Positions 1-16,722 of a DNA stretch of 64,000 nt are shown here, in pieces. Positions within the stretch are counted from its first letter, which is position 1. Each line of letters starts with the position of its first letter. Under the pieces are notes generated by a model. It saw nothing but the letters and a program-made list of their open reading frames with translations. It was not told the DNA's origin and made no database searches. Source of the DNA: Eledone cirrhosa (taxonomy: Eukaryota). The position numbers and the translations under genes are program-made. The stretch covers positions 98,146,001-98,210,000 of the forward strand of contig OZ024746.1 of assembly GCA_964016885.1 (NCBI GenBank), written 5' to 3'.

Positions 1-2030
<2,030 letters not shown>

Positions 2031-3630
2031 TACTAAAAAGTAAGAACTCTATTAATTTGAGAAATAATTTATTCAGTTCCTGCAAACATCGTTTAAACTC
2101 AACTTTTAAATATATATATAAAATGTAATATATGTCTTCTATATCTATATATGATTCATATCTCTACTCCACATATATATATACTATATACTTTAAATTA
2201 TTACACCTATCGATAGATTATAAAAAAAATTTATATGACTGCTTGTAACTCCTTTAAGAAATTTTTTTTTCTTGAAAAACTTACGAAAGGTTTTAGGAAA
2301 AATCTTTTGAAAATTCCTTTGAAAGATATAGAAAAACCATTATTTTCATACCTTCCAATATTTTTATATTTTTATATTTTTATATCTCCAAACGTTTTTA
2401 ATGTTTATATATATGTGGAAAAACATGATTTTTATATATAGGTTTTTTATATATATGTGGAATAACCTATGGTTTATGCTTTAAATATATTCTTAAGATA
2501 ACTTTTTTAATGTTTTAATTCTAATGTTAATGTTTTAACTTTATAGCAAGTAAATGTATGACTTCGTATAAAATAACATATGGTTCATGTTTTAATTATA
2601 TTCTTAAGATAAAAAAAATGTTTAACTTTTTAACTTTATAACATTTAATCCTTAGTCATCTGAGTTCTTAAAAATCACTTCTAACTTCCTTTACACCTCC
2701 TTCCTGTTTTTATAATATAACTAAGTGGTTATTCCTTTGTAAACTCTCGTAAATTTTTCATAAATTTAGAATTATTTGGATGTTTAAATTTTGACTTACA
2801 ACTTTTAATAAAATAAACTATACTAGTTTTTGCTCTAATGTAAAATACTATATAATTATTTAAATAATTTATAATCCTTAACATTTAAACTAATTATTAA
2901 TATTAAATTATTAAATGAAATCTTTAATATTAAGGTAAATTTTAATCTTTAATTTTGATTTCTAATTTTTAATTATAATTTAATTTTAATCTAATTTTTC
3001 AACCTATCATTATAAGTATTATAATCAAAACGTAATGAATCCTGCATTATAAATATTATTCTTCCACGTTATTCTCATTTCTTCTCTCTTTTAGATATAC
3101 TTACGCTGTCTATATTTATCTCTTCATGCACTCTATTTTCACTATCAATATATATAATCGTTCTTTCTTTCCTCTTCTTTTTTTCTCCTTTCTTTTTTTT
3201 CTTTTTTTCTTTTTTTTCTTTTTTCTATTTTATTTTCTCTCTCCCTTACATATCATCTTCTTCTAACAGTTTAATTTAAATAAACCGTTATCTTTTCAAC
3301 CTTTCGAACACTCATTTGCATACTCACTCATAATTTTGTATTACCCTCAATAAATGTATTACCTCCACTATCCAGGAAGCTCCAACCGTTAAGGTTGTCT
3401 TTTTTTGCGGGTATGTCAATATTTATTTATAAAACAAATCTGTATTGAATTTTATCTGATGAAAGCGCACCACAATTTGCCTTGGTTGCCCTTGAAATAT
3501 GTATAATAAAATAAATATGGTTTTATAAATATAGTTTCCATTTATTAATATAATTGTGTATTTACTCCACATACATTGTTGAGTGCTTTATATCAGTTAT
3601 AAAACATTTTAAAATTAAATATAACCTCTG
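2031..3630 (+). mobile_element. PLE 3' region: ORF C-terminus plus AT-rich 3' UTR/terminal repeat
   Basis: SINLRNNLFSSCKHR resembles the LN.R.E....CRH end of PLE GIY-YIG ORFs; region ends in a hammerhead and a repeated tail abutting (TA)n. Confidence 0.6.
3449..3512 (+). ncRNA. Minimal type-I hammerhead ribozyme
   Basis: attttat-CTGATGA-stem II (aagcgcacca/tggttgccctt)-GAAA-tatgta-TA-ataaaat. Confidence 0.82.
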
Positions 3631-3649
3631 CATATATATATATATATAT

Positions 3650-3932
3650 ATATAACGAAGGAAGTGTGTTAAGGAACCAGGTGGACCATAACGCACCAGA
3701 CTACTCGATACTTTGGGTAGTAGAGTGGGTAATAGGAAAAGAGTCAAGACCCCGACGGCAGAGCTCAAGCCGTTTCGACGGCTATTTCTGGACTGGACCA
3801 GAAACGGCTTGAGCTCTGCCGTCGTGGTCTTGACTATTTTACCATATATATATATATATATAACGGAAGAAATGTGGTAAGGAATTAGCCGTCGAAACGG
3901 CTTGAGCTCAGCCGTCGGGGTCCTACTCGTTC
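3650..3932. repeat. Fold-back repeat with three hammerhead 3'-half motifs
   Basis: Inverted repeat ~3742-3835; GAAA-cggct-loop-agccg-TC at 3894-3916; left part matches 42823-42892 on the minus strand. Confidence 0.6.
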
Positions 3933-4027
<95 letters not shown>

Positions 4028-5048
4028 AGAGAGAGAGAGAGAGAACAAGATAGGTGTGATATAGAGATTGTAGACGAATCGATCTAAGGACTGGACTAAT
4101 ACTTTATTTATCGACTTCGAATTGTGAGAGGCAAAATTTATCTGGCTGGTATTTGAACACAGAACGCAGTGAAACGGAACAAATACTGATGCAGTTTTAA
4201 ACAGACGACCTAACGATCAATATAATTCACAAAATGAAACGAATGTGTGTCATATAAGATAATTTAAACATTTCTGTTCAGAAATAATACAAATATAAAG
4301 AAATAAATACTATAATGTGATAGGACTTAACCCGAGGTCGCTCGTAAATGGCTGCTCACACAGAAGACATAGTTTAAGAGATCATTTAACTGATCATGTG
4401 CATGTTACTTTAAAATGTTGGCAGATTAACTCCTTCTACACTACAAAACATTATAAGTTCCTCAAGAACAGCATAACGCTACTACTGTTCCTCAGCATTC
4501 CTGTTAAACTCCCCATCTCCATCTCCCCGCGAGACCTTCCCATCAAAAACACCTGATTAAAGAAATATATATTCTGAAAGCCGATAGTTCGAGCAGAAAT
4601 ATTTCTGTCGGGGTATGTATAATGATAGGTAGCACTTTATAACAGGGCTTTAAATGGAGCATAGACCGAAACGAAACGCCGATATCCACTTCCGTAATTC
4701 TTTCACATTGTCGCTCTATCGAACGTATTAAAATGTTTTACGGAATGGAAATATTAGAGATTTCAAATATTGAAACAAGCCTCGAAGGAGAATATCAAGT
4801 TGAGTGGACTGAAAGTTATTTTAACTGAGACCAGAGGAATGAAATGTACACACGTTGTTGCAGAATGAAACCAGTCCATGTACTTTATTTAACATTGTTC
4901 TCGACTGTTCTTTTCATGTTTAGTTCATTTAGAAAAAGGAAAATAATACAGAGTGTTATATTTGGGGAGGGTCATGTTGTTATAATATTGCCAGAAATAT
5001 ATAATAAAACATACTCAAGCATTACAGCAATACAATGGGGGGAAACTA

Positions 5049-5238
5049 TGATTTCTAGTATAGGCACAAGACCAGTAATTTCGACTCCAGTACGTTACTG
5101 GTACTTTATTTTATCGACCCCGTAAGGATGAAAAACAAAGTTAACCTTGGCGGGATTTGAACTCAGAATGTAAAGGGCCATAACTTTATGCTGCAAAGCC
5201 TGGTGTCTGACGCTCTACCGATACTGCCAATCCACCGC
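5049..5238 (-). mobile_element. tRNA-derived SINE, family A
   Basis: A-box TGGCAGTATCGG, B-box GAGTTCAAATCC, core ...TTTCATCCTTACGGGGTCGATAAAATAAAGTACCAG (resembles the MetaSINE domain, from memory). Confidence 0.9.
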
Positions 5239-5263
5239 TCTAAAGGAAGGAAACATAATAACA

Positions 5264-5303
5264 TCACTGATGATGTCACAGTTGTGTGACAAAAGAACTT
5301 TGA
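5264..5303 (+). ncRNA. Degenerate hammerhead (same family as 30106-30152)
   Basis: tca-CTGATGA-t-gtcaca/tgtgac-AAAA (GAAA mutated)-gaac-TT-tga. Confidence 0.5.
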
Positions 5304-6274
5304 GAAACTATATTTATATTTATATTTTTAACTGTTGGCCAATCAATGATAAACATTGATTGCCAGCTGAATTACTTATAGAAATATGAAATATACTGAA
5401 GCAAAAACCAACGCAAACCAATGGCAATGTATTTAAATACACTCTCGCTTCATCTCGATAAGAGGCCACTGGTCTCTGTCCTCTCTGGCATTTGTGCCCA
5501 CCACTGTCTTTGACAACATCTAGCTGTTTTAATGGCTGTTTTAGCGATGTGTTTTTGTCATTTTATATGTATTTAAATATACTCTCGCTTCGACTCAGTC
5601 AGAAGTAACATTGTTTGTTATTAATAATTCATTATAAGTTATTATTATTAATTAACAACCCAGACATATTTTCAACAAGTTGATATATTGGTTTTCCTAA
5701 ATGCCAAGAAAGATGACATTCACATTGAACGTTATATATAAGAGCTGCTGTGCATGGAATATATAAACATGCTATTGGCGGCGGATATAGATCAGGTGGA
5801 CATCGAAATCTGTTAACGCTTAAAGGTGCCAACAGATTTATAAACACTCTGTATTCATACTTTGTTGGATGGCGGATATAATATAAAGGGAATAAAGTTA
5901 GAGATATTTTGTATCTAGATCAGTGTGTTATATTGCAGAGTAAAAAGAAAATCACCGTATTCCATTGTGTATTGTTCTGAGCCGCAATCATCACAATAAC
6001 AGCTATTTATTGTATGAGAGGGAAAGAATAATATATACCGCCTACTCCTTAAAATCATTGAATATTTAATATTTATGTTGAAGAAGAATGCAAAATGTTT
6101 CTCAAAATACATTAGAACATTTAAAATGTTTGTAAATATGGTTATAAATCGATATGATAAATGCTTTTCCCGGCAAATTTCTTATCTTTATAAAGAAAAC
6201 TAATGGAATAGCTTGTGAAAAACAAATACCCAACAGATAGAACCAAAGACTGCCTTTGTCGAATATAATAACTT

Positions 6275-6980
6275 CACATATATCTTATGAAAACACTGCT
6301 TTGTATATCTTATGAAAATACTGTTTAGCATATATGTTTTATGAAAACACTGTTTAACCTTGTAGCATTTAAACCGGCCATATCCGGCCAGAATTCTCTC
6401 ACTTTTTTCTGTTCAAACCAGCTGTAATCAGCCACTTATACTGATGTTAAGGTATTTTTCTCAAAATAAATAATATCAAAATCTCATTGATTCGATATTA
6501 TGTGAGGTAAAGCCTTTACCATGAAAATATGATAGTATATATAGAGTAATGTAAATGTTAAATGGTTAACATATATACCTTATGAAAATACAGTTTAACA
6601 TACTGTTTATACCTTATAAACATACTGTTTACCATATATACCTTATGAAAATACTTTTTTATATAATATATACCATATGAAAATACTGTTTAATATATAT
6701 ATATATATATACCTTATGAAAATACTGTTTAATATAACCTTATGACACTACTGGTTTGTGTACGGTATGAAAATACTGTTTAATATAACCTTATGACACT
6801 ACTGGTTTGTGTACCGTATGAAAATACTGTTTAACATATATATCTTATGAAAATAATGTTTGACATATATATCTTATGAAAATAATGTTTGACATATATA
6901 TCTTATGAAAATAATGTTTGAAATATATATCTTATGAAAATACTGTTTAACATATATACTATATAAAAATACTGTTTAAC
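6275..6980. repeat. ~30-bp AT-rich minisatellite (CATATATATCTTATGAAAATACTGTTTAA)
   Basis: More than 12 degenerate tandem units, interrupted by a MITE at TTAA. Confidence 0.85.
6358..6565 (+). mobile_element. piggyBac-type MITE
   Basis: TTAA on both sides, degenerate CCCTTTAGCATT TIRs; homologous to 58074-58294. Confidence 0.8.
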
Positions 6981-7343
6981 CCTTTCTTTAGCATATTTCT
7001 CATTAAAAACAGTTGTACATGATTTTCAAATTATTTTGAAAATAACTAAATTTTAAGATGGCGTTTGGAGTATAAATTAACAAAAGCCCTTAGATAAAAT
7101 TGTGATAGGTTTTTGATAAATATAAAAAGATTAAAATAAACAGTTTTGTATCGTAGAACCAGGGTCAAAGTCAGGCTGTTTGGGGTAAAAAAAGCTAAAG
7201 ATATGGTATCTAGTATTTAATCTATTGACACAGCTAACCTGCAATGTTGGCACCTTCAGCCACAATAAGACTCCATGTGTTTTTGTATATATGTTTATAT
7301 ATCTTCTGTATGTAATGTTTTAAAATCTAAACACACACACACA

Positions 7344-7438
<95 letters not shown>

Positions 7439-7560
7439 CTCAGTCATGTTGCTACAATAAGAAGTTCATTTTCCTGTCATAATATCCTATATTTTCCCCT
7501 TTAGATAATTATTTCTCGACGTCTAATCATATACATTTAATTCTGTATATCATTTGTGCA

Positions 7561-8308
7561 TACTCTCGGGTCCCAAATAATAGGGGGTTGTAATAAGCGG
7601 GAGGGGGTGATTGCACATTTGCTTAAATTCTTATAACCGGGGCAGGGGTTTGGAATAAACGGGGGTCGGGGGTCGGTAATTGTATGTAAATATGGGATTT
7701 CTTGTAATGTTCTTTTTTTGTCATATAAAACAAAATTATTATTAGATTGGCAGTATCGGTAGAGGGTCGGACGCCATGCTTTCCAGCATAGTTACGCCCC
7801 TTTATGGTCTGAGTTCAAATCCTGCCGAGGTTAACTTTGCCTTTCATCCTTACGGGGTCGATAAAATAAAGTACCAGTAATGCACTAGGGTAATTGCTGG
7901 CCTTGTGCCAAAAGTAGAAACAATTATGTTGAGGGTGGTGGTTTGGCAGTATCGGTAGAGGGTCGGACAACAGGCTTTGCAGCACAGAGTTACGCCCCTT
8001 TCTGATCTGAGTTCAAATCCCGCCGAGGTTAACTTTGCCTTTCATCCTTACAGGGTCGATAAAATAAAGTACCAGTAATACACTGGGATAATTGCTGGCC
8101 TTGTGCCGAAAGTAGAAACAAGTATTAGATTCTCCAGCTGCTGCATCAATATGAATCACTTACAATAACATTTCGCTGGAGATAGATTAGCAAAATTTAA
8201 TGAGGGGGGAAGAGGTTGGAATACAAACGGAAGTGGGTTAGAAAAAATCTGAAAAATTAATAAGCGAGAGAGGGGGGGAGGGGGCGATTATTAAGGACAT
8301 GAGGGTAT
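7561..8308. mobile_element. MITE-like DNA element containing two tandem SINE A copies (7745-8127, +)
   Basis: Imperfect TIRs TACTCTCGGGTCCCAAATAAT / ATTATTAAGGACATGAGGGTA; two SINEs with A and B boxes inside. Confidence 0.65.
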
Positions 8309-8528
8309 ATGCTGAACATTTATATAATTGTCTCCGAGACATAAATTATTAAAATATAATTCTTATCTTTAGTCATTTACAAATGTTCTTAATCAACATG
8401 ATCTATATAGATTCTCTTATACACACCATCAATTTATCAACACTCATTCCTTGGTTTGCATGATGGTTCATATATCAGTTAATCCTGGTATATATGGTGT
8501 ACCATCCTGGTCTGCAAAAACGAAATGC

Positions 8529-9222
8529 AGTCTGTTCGCTTTTTTACGTGAACTTGAATTATGCGAATTCGCTTAAACGCTTCTTGAAAAAAATGTATTA
8601 AATATTCACTTTCCGCGAATAATAGGCTATAACGCGTGTGGCATTTGATTGATTTATTTATCAGAAAACTAGCTGAGATACCCGGCTTCGCCCGGGAGAA
8701 CAGTTAAGAGAAGACGGATAAAAGAGAAAATGACTGTATTGGATGTGTTGTCTGGTATGAGGTGAGACCGTAATGTGTGTGTGTGTAAGTGTGTGTGAGA
8801 GACATAAACATAACAATCATAAAACTTCCGTATTTGGCTGGAGGAGTACACTGCCGATTAAATGGTAGCATTGGCCTTGGATTTTAAATGTTGTGAAATA
8901 ACGATAGTCAGTATGATCTTTTTCAGCTCCAAAGGACGTCATCTGGAACACAGCAATATACCTCATAACATTGCTTCTGAAATGTTTAGTTTCGTTAGTA
9001 CGGACTGTAAGTAGTATATGGATAAAAGCTGGAGGGTAGATTAATTTCAAATAGTATCAAAGATTGTAAAACTACTTTATAAAAGCTAGCGCAATATTAT
9101 TAAACCTTCTTATAGATCAAAGGATCTATAGTTTAAGCCGTTTCTAGACTTTCGTGGGACGTCATTCTCTCTATCTCTCTCTCTGAATAACTAACACTTT
9201 AATTGTATCTCTGTCTGTATAA

Positions 9223-9292
<70 letters not shown>

Positions 9293-9458
9293 GATGTGTG
9301 TGTATGTATTTGTGTGTGTGTGTGTGTAGTTTTCGTGTGATTCAACCAGCCAACCAATAAACATCTCTCTTATATATGTAGATTAGGCTTGAATTACGCG
9401 GATTTGCTTTACGCGCCGCGTTCACGAAAGCGATTTCGCGTAAAAAGAGAACACACTG
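8529..9458. mobile_element. pogo/Tc1-type MITE interrupted by a Helitron
   Basis: TIR CAGTCTGTTCGCTTTTTTACGTGAA vs TTCGCGTAAAAAGAGAACACACTG-TA. Confidence 0.6.
8669..9382 (-). mobile_element. Non-autonomous Helitron with Rep N-terminal fragment
   Basis: 5' TC, 3' hairpin CCCGGGCGAAGCCGGG plus CTAG; FQMTSFGA...TFKIQGQCYHLIGS is a Helitron Rep-region motif. Confidence 0.88.
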
Positions 9459-9477
9459 TACGTTCAGCATTATTGCA

Positions 9478-9887
9478 GGTGTGGATTAACAGTATCGTTA
9501 GAGCGTTGAACACCGCTTTGTGGCATAGTTACGGCCCTTTACATTCTGAGATCAAATCCCGCCGAGGTTAGCTTTGCCTTTCATGCTTACTGGGTCGATA
9601 AAATAAAGTACCAGTAATACACTGGGTAATTGCTGACCTTGTGCCAACAGTAGAAACAATTATTACAGGTGGTGTATTGGCAGAATCGGTAGAGCGTCAG
9701 ACACCTTGCTTTGCAGCATAGAGTTATGGCCCTTTAAGTTCTCAGTTCAAATCCCACCGAGGTTAACTTTGCCTTTCAGCCATACGGGGTCGATAAAATA
9801 AAGTACCAGTCACGCACTGGAGTCGATTTAATCGACTTCCCCTCCCCCCAAATTGTTACCATTGTGTCTAAATCAGAAACCATTATT
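9478..9887 (+). mobile_element. Two tandem SINE A copies
   Basis: A and B boxes plus core present twice. Confidence 0.9.
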
Positions 9888-10419
9888 ACAGGTGTCGCTG
9901 CATTAATATGTTATTTCTAAAGATATACCTGTTCTCTGTCAATATCCATAGATTAAATACAGTTAGATGGAAGAACTGGAGACATAAGATATAAAGAATG
10001 TGATACAATGCTGAGACACAAACTCCAGTTAATATATCTAGAGTCATACAATTCTGTCGTTGTAGCCAACAGAAATATATATAAGGTGGCGAATAAAAAT
10101 ATTTTCTTAATTTATTTACTATATTTATACGACTCCTATATTTTGTGTCTTAGAATGCATCATGTCTTGTTTATCATTTCTTCCTTTGTCCTTCTTCCAT
10201 ACAACCATACTCTCTCTCTCTCCATCCCTCTCTCCCTCTCTCTCTTTCTCTCTCTCGCTTTCTCTCCATCCCTCTGTACCCCCCTCTCCCTCTGTATTAA
10301 ATTAACAACTATAAGTATTAATGTGGTGTGGTAAATAAATATATACATATCGCATACAATAAGCACGTTTGTCTATTTTACCGGCAAAATAGCATTTTCG
10401 TAATTTAAAACCAAATTAA

Positions 10420-11215
10420 ATCATCATCATCATTATTTTCATCATTTTACGTCCGCTTTTCCCTGCTTGCAAGGGTGGGACGAGTCCTATTCCGCACAGA
10501 ATCTCTCCATTCGTCACGGTCCTTCGTCATCTCCTCCTTGAGTTTCAGTGATCTGTCAGCTCTCACCACCTCCACCCATGATTTTCGTGGTCTTCCTCTA
10601 CTGTGTCTCCCTTCCACTGGGATGTCTTGGCACTTCTTTACCCAGCGGTCATCCTCCATGCACATCACATGTCCATACCATCACAGTCTTCTCTCCCACA
10701 CACTACAGCTTATCCCTCTTATACACAGTTTCTCTCTCAACACATCCATGCTGGGTCGTTCACGCACATTGACATTGCACATCCAACGGAGCATGCTTGC
10801 TTCATTTCTCTCCAGCCGTCGTATATCCTCTGCAGTAGCTGCCTATGTCTCACTACCATGCACCATCGCGCATATCACACAGGCATCATATAACTGGCCT
10901 TTCGTACGCAGGGAGAAACCCTTCTTTGTCAACAGAGGAAGCAGCTCCCTAAACTTCTTCCAGGTCGTCCTTATTCTAGATACTATGGTCTCGGAGCACC
11001 CTCCTCCCTTGCTAATCTTATCACCTAGGTACTGGAAGCTATCAACCACCTCTATATCTCCTACCTGCATTTGAAAAATGTCTAGCACTGCGACTTCTAC
11101 TGTCAAATGTCCCTGAACATCTACTGCTATGTAGTTTTCCCTACTTGATAGTTTGCCTGCTATCCCACTACATCTCTTGTGTACCCAAATCTGCATTGTG
11201 TACATTCTATAGAAT
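10420..11215 (-). mobile_element. RTE-superfamily LINE 3' fragment with (ATG)n tail
   Basis: VVDSFQYLGD...SRIRTTWKKFRELLPLL...MVHGSET; GRHSRGRPRKSWVEVV; (CAT)n at 10421-10445. Confidence 0.9.
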
Positions 11216-11964
11216 GTATGCTAATATTTATTTCTGTAAATTTGGACACGAATTAAATTAATATTTTAACAATGCTATTTTCCATTTAAACATTTTGAAA
11301 GTTGGAATGTAATGAAATATATGAAAAGAATGGAATAGACGTCTGTTGCTTTCGGCGATCAGTGTTCCAGTTGTTCCTATCAACAGAACAGTCAACCTGT
11401 CTAATTAACATGTAAATGGTTAATGTCACCTTTATGAAGATTCAGCACGACACTGTCTCAAAAAGCTTCCCCTTCGAATTACAATTGCAGTCCATTCGAC
11501 GAGCTTCCAAACAGTTTTCGTCTACCCAATTTTACTCACAATATGTATTTCGAGACGAGACTATGTTAAATGATATTTGCCGAAAATGCCACGTAATGGA
11601 ATCGAATCCGAGACCTATTAGTTCCGCCGCCTCAACATCTTAACTGTTCGAATATGAGAGGAAACGAGATCCTAGACTTCATTCGCTTGTCGAGTGGGGT
11701 AAACCTCGGCAAATCGGACCAAGGAAACAATATTTCCATTGATCTTTCCATTGCTGATACTATTTACCGGTCTAAGAAGCAACGTGAAATAACCCGGTCA
11801 GAGAATTGAACTCGCAAACTCATGATTGCGAATCCAACTCTCTAACCACTAAGCCATGAGTGTCCATTATATGCGCACAGTGGAGATTATATATAATTTT
11901 TCGTTAATGTTTAGTTGATTATATTTTAAAAAGTCAAATAAATGAATTATTATAAATAACATTA

Positions 11965-12260
11965 CAAATGGGGAAAGGGTAAAGAAGGGCAGATCTGGTT
12001 GCGTGGGAAATGAGAGGAAAGGACTATAAAAGACATAAATGAGAGGAAAAGGAGGGGGAAGAAATGACTGTTGGGCCACAAAAGAAAAGGCGGGGAAGAG
12101 GGAGAGGGTGATGGGTTCTGGGCATAAAGCGCAGCGGTGTCAGGACTGCGCCCCTGGGACAATGGCTAGCGACATCCGCTGCAACAGCCACCCCACCTCA
12201 CGAGACTCCTTCCTCAGACGGGCAGCTATGGTTCCGATCTTGCGGATATCTGGAAATTTC
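11965..12260 (-). mobile_element. CRE-like (restriction-like endonuclease) non-LTR element 3' end
   Basis: RKIGTIAARLRKESREVGWLLQRMSLAIV resembles CRE-clade C-termini; pyrimidine-rich 3' UTR shared with 16243-16560. Confidence 0.6.
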
Positions 12261-12292
12261 GTCAGAATGAATTCAAACTATGTATAAATATT

Positions 12293-12511
12293 GGTTTCTG
12301 GTTTAGGCAGAAGGCCAGCAATTTCGGGGTGAGGGGAAAAGTCGATTAAATCGACCCCAGTGCATTACTGATGCTTTATTTTATCGACCCCGTAAGGATC
12401 AAAGGCAAAGTTAACCTCGGTGGGATTTAAACTCCGACTGTAAAGGGCCGTAACTCTACGCTGCAAAGCATGATGTCCGACGACTCTCTACCGATACTGC
12501 CAATCCACCCC
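12293..12511 (-). mobile_element. SINE A
   Basis: Full head, core and tail; flanked by duplicated AAACTATGTATAAATATTG. Confidence 0.9.
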
Positions 12512-12841
12512 CTAAACTATGTATAAATATTGCGTCTTTCTGTAGATGATAGCTTAGCTGACCTCGCTATTCTCACCAGATTCTTAATTACATATGCATT
12601 AAAAAATTAGGTGATATCAGGATTTTCTTTCTATGAGTTGAGATGAATAGATATCATTAGTTTCACACGATGTCTGATATCGATAATGTTATAAGTATGA
12701 GAATAGAGAAAAAACAGTGTATAGAGTGGGAGATAGAGGGGGAGGAGATGGTAGCGGTACATGGCTAGTTAGATAGATAAATATATAGGTAGGTTAGTAT
12801 TTAGGGAAGTAGGTAAATATATAGAAACACGCGCGCGCGCT

Positions 12842-13500
<659 letters not shown>

Positions 13501-13516
13501 GTTAGATAGATAGATA

Positions 13517-14157
13517 TCTTTCTTTATTTGCCACAAAGGCCTACAAAAAATGGGACATTACAAGACGGGTATTTTGGAGATTCTCTCCGGCCTCATTTGC
13601 AATAGAATCTCCAAATCATTACCCGCCCACCTTTGTCGAATAGACTTTCGTATCGAAAGAATCATATCAGTTTCTGGCTCTACGAAGCCAGCTAAAATCC
13701 TCCAGATGTTAATGTTTGGAGGTATATATATTTTTTGGGGGTGGGTGGGTGGGGGGTCGTTTTCCCATGTATGTACTGAAAAAGGTGAATGCTTTTGACA
13801 CTATTGGTGTCACAGAATGTTTTTGGGCGAGTACCTCGCTTTTAAATAGTACGGAAACACTTCCGTACTGTTTTCCTTGTTGGAGAAAGTCGATAATTGC
13901 TAGAATTTCCTTGAAAGTAGCTTCTATATCTGTTTGACTAACAAATATCGGCTTTCTCGTGGTATTGAATACAGTCCTAAAGATCACTGTTCTTCGAACT
14001 GCGTCTTCTTTTAATTCTAACCCACCTTTCTCTTCGAAAGTTACACATTTTCTCCCTTGCTGGAGCATATCTCTTGCATTGGAGATGTCAAGATTTATAA
14101 AATCTTGTTTTTTGTTCACTGTTTCAGTGAAAGACATTTTTTTTTGTGTGGTGTTGC

Positions 14158-14188
<31 letters not shown>

Positions 14189-14708
14189 ATCGTTGTTAGC
14201 CTCGGTGTTGGAAATCTCAGTTCCTTGACGAGGTGAAACTTTATGTGTAGATGTATCTGTGGAGTTGTTGATGTTGACTTTTTCCTGTGTATGTATGTTA
14301 ATGGGTTCCTGAGTTTTCATTTCTCTCCGCTTCGACGGTAGAAATTGTACAATCTTCAAGTGGCAATATTTTTTTCCCTTTGTTGACAGTCGTATCTATG
14401 ACGACGTCCATAGTAACAGAAGCAGATATAACGTTAAAATCTGCCTCTTTCTCTCTCTTTTCTCTGTCGACGTTCTCGAGCGTTCCCTTCGTGTTATTTA
14501 TGTTTATAGTTGGCAAAATTTGATGTTTTAAAACAATTTTTAAATTGAATTTTGCCCCTAAAGGGGCGAAAAATGTGATTTCCACCCAGCTGACAATTCA
14601 GCTTGGAGGTTAATCTACAAAATAATATGTTTTTTCAAACAATTTGTTCTGTTTTTCGTATATAAATTTACAAAAAATCTTACCGTTGATGTTCCACGCG
14701 TCAGGCAG
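13517..14708 (-). mobile_element. L1/Tx1-like LINE relic (5' UTR plus ORF1 joined to a 3' end)
   Basis: ORF1-like low-complexity N/T/K-rich peptide with KMSFTETV, organised like 48127-49850; both ends abut (GATA)n. Confidence 0.5.
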
Positions 14709-14710
14709 AG

Positions 14711-14762
<52 letters not shown>

Positions 14763-15654
14763 GTTAAATTATAAGAACGGCCAGGAAAAGTAAATAGATG
14801 GATGCGAGATGAAACAAATATCAACATGAGTTCAAATCCCATCGAAGTCAAAACTACTTTTATCGAGGCCGATAAAGTAGTTTTTACTTTCTCTCCGTCT
14901 CCTCCTTTTCTGGAAGACATTATCTGAGTTTAGATCTAGAAAACGATGGCATCTGCCAGGTTTAAATACCCAAAGAACGCTTAGAGTCATGGCGGCGTAA
15001 AACTAAAATAAATGAATAAGTAAATGAATAAATGATGCCTGGTGATAATGATTTCTAGTTTAGGAATAAGGCCAGCAATTTCAGGTAGGGAACGGCCATT
15101 AAATCGACCGCAGTGCATTATTGGTACTTTATTTTATCGAGTCCGTAGGAATGAAAGACAAAGTTAACCTGAATTTCAACTACCAATCCACCGCTCTCAC
15201 GCTGGTTGACTGTCTGATGATAATGAGGTGACATTGTGGCCTAAAATGTCAATGTAATTTGATTGGAGTAGAATATCTTCTAAGGATGGCCATATTGTTA
15301 TCTGTGAATATTAGATTATTATGCAGTTTAATTGGCCATCACGAATGTATGAAAGTTAAAGAAGACACGAAAGGCGTCTAACTTATGTTTAAATGCTATG
15401 AATGTATGTTAATGTCAAATATTTGAATAATTAATGTATTGTAATGCAATTCATTGATTCATTTACTGTTAATGCATCCATTAGAAAGATTAGCTGAAGC
15501 CGGTAAAAAATATGAAATATTCATTGTTTTAGGATTGGAGAGTTTAGGAAAGATAATAATGAGAATTTATTGAGAAAAAGACACCAGAAGTTGTACTATT
15601 AATTAACTCTTAACATCTTGTAATGAATTGGCAGAAAGTATCTAAAACAGATTT

Positions 15655-16218
15655 GTTAATTCTTCTTCTTTTTCTTTTTCTTTTTCTTTTTCTTTTTCTT
15701 TTTCTTTTTCTTTTTCTTTCTTCTTCATCTTGCTTCTTTTTTCTTCTTTCTTCTTTCTTCTTTCTTCTTTTTTCTTTTTTTTTCTTTTTACTCCCCTACT
15801 TCTTTTTCTTTTTTCTTCTTTTTTCTTCTTTTTTCTTCTTTTTTCTTCTTCTTTTTTCTTCTTCTTTTTTCTTCTTTCTTCTTTTTTCTTCTTTATTTTT
15901 ATTTTTATTTTTTCCTTTTTCTTCTTTTTCTTTCTTCTTCATCTTGCTTCTTTTTTCTTCTTTTTCTTCTTTCTTTTTTTTCTTTTACTTCTTCTTTTTC
16001 TTCTTTTCTCTTCTTTTTATCCTTCTTCTTCGCCTACCTATTCTTGAGAGGGTCGTGGTGGCAGAGTCCTCAAACACTCCTTTCTTCCAGCAGGTCCTGT
16101 CAGAAGCAACCATCTCCAACTGATCCTGCTGGATCCCCAAGAGAGACCAGCCAAGATCATGGATGTTATTCAACCATCTTGCTTGGGGTCTACCCCTGGG
16201 TCTCTTGCTGGTTTGTTA
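15655..16218 (-). mobile_element. RTE 3' end with expanded (GAA)n-derived tail
   Basis: RPRGRPQARWLNNIHDLGW; matches 17640-17825; TTC-rich tract at 15660-16030. Confidence 0.8.
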
Positions 16219-16242
16219 ATTCAAATGTTCAAAATATCCTTA

Positions 16243-16560
16243 CTCGAGACCTCGGGCGTCCGCGAACCCCATATTGTCGAGCGCCTCCGTAAAATCGAAT
16301 CGTCAGCAGCCCATTTGTGGAAGGAATCCCGTGAAATTGGGTGGCTTTGCACTTTTGTCCGCGGCACAGTCCCAAAACCACCCCCGCCCAGCTATAGAGA
16401 CCCATCACCATCTCCCTTCTCCCTCCCTTTCTTTCGTGGCCTTCTAGTCTTTGCTTTTCCCATCCCTTTCCTCTCATTTATGTCACCTATAGTCCTTTCT
16501 GCTACTTTCCTATACAGCCAGATCTATCTTTCTTTATCCCTTCTTTCCCACTCTGTTCGT
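16243..16560 (+). mobile_element. CRE-like non-LTR element 3' end
   Basis: ETSGVREPHIVERLRKIESSAAHLWKESREIGWL plus 3' UTR homologous to 11965-12260. Confidence 0.6.
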
Positions 16561-16722
16561 TCTTGGTTTTGTTTTAATCCATTTTTCTATGTTTTCTTTT
16601 TCTTTCATATTTCCATCAATATTTGTAATGTTATTTATACAACTGTAAATTTATTTATTGTCTGCAATTTTATTTTCTAACATGAATTAAAATACATGGA
16701 CAGATTGTTATGAATATTTACA

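Noticed and set aside
7745-7830. tRNA genes at A/B-box motifs
   Set aside because: Box spacing is too long, no cloverleaf is evident, and each continues into a SINE core and tail
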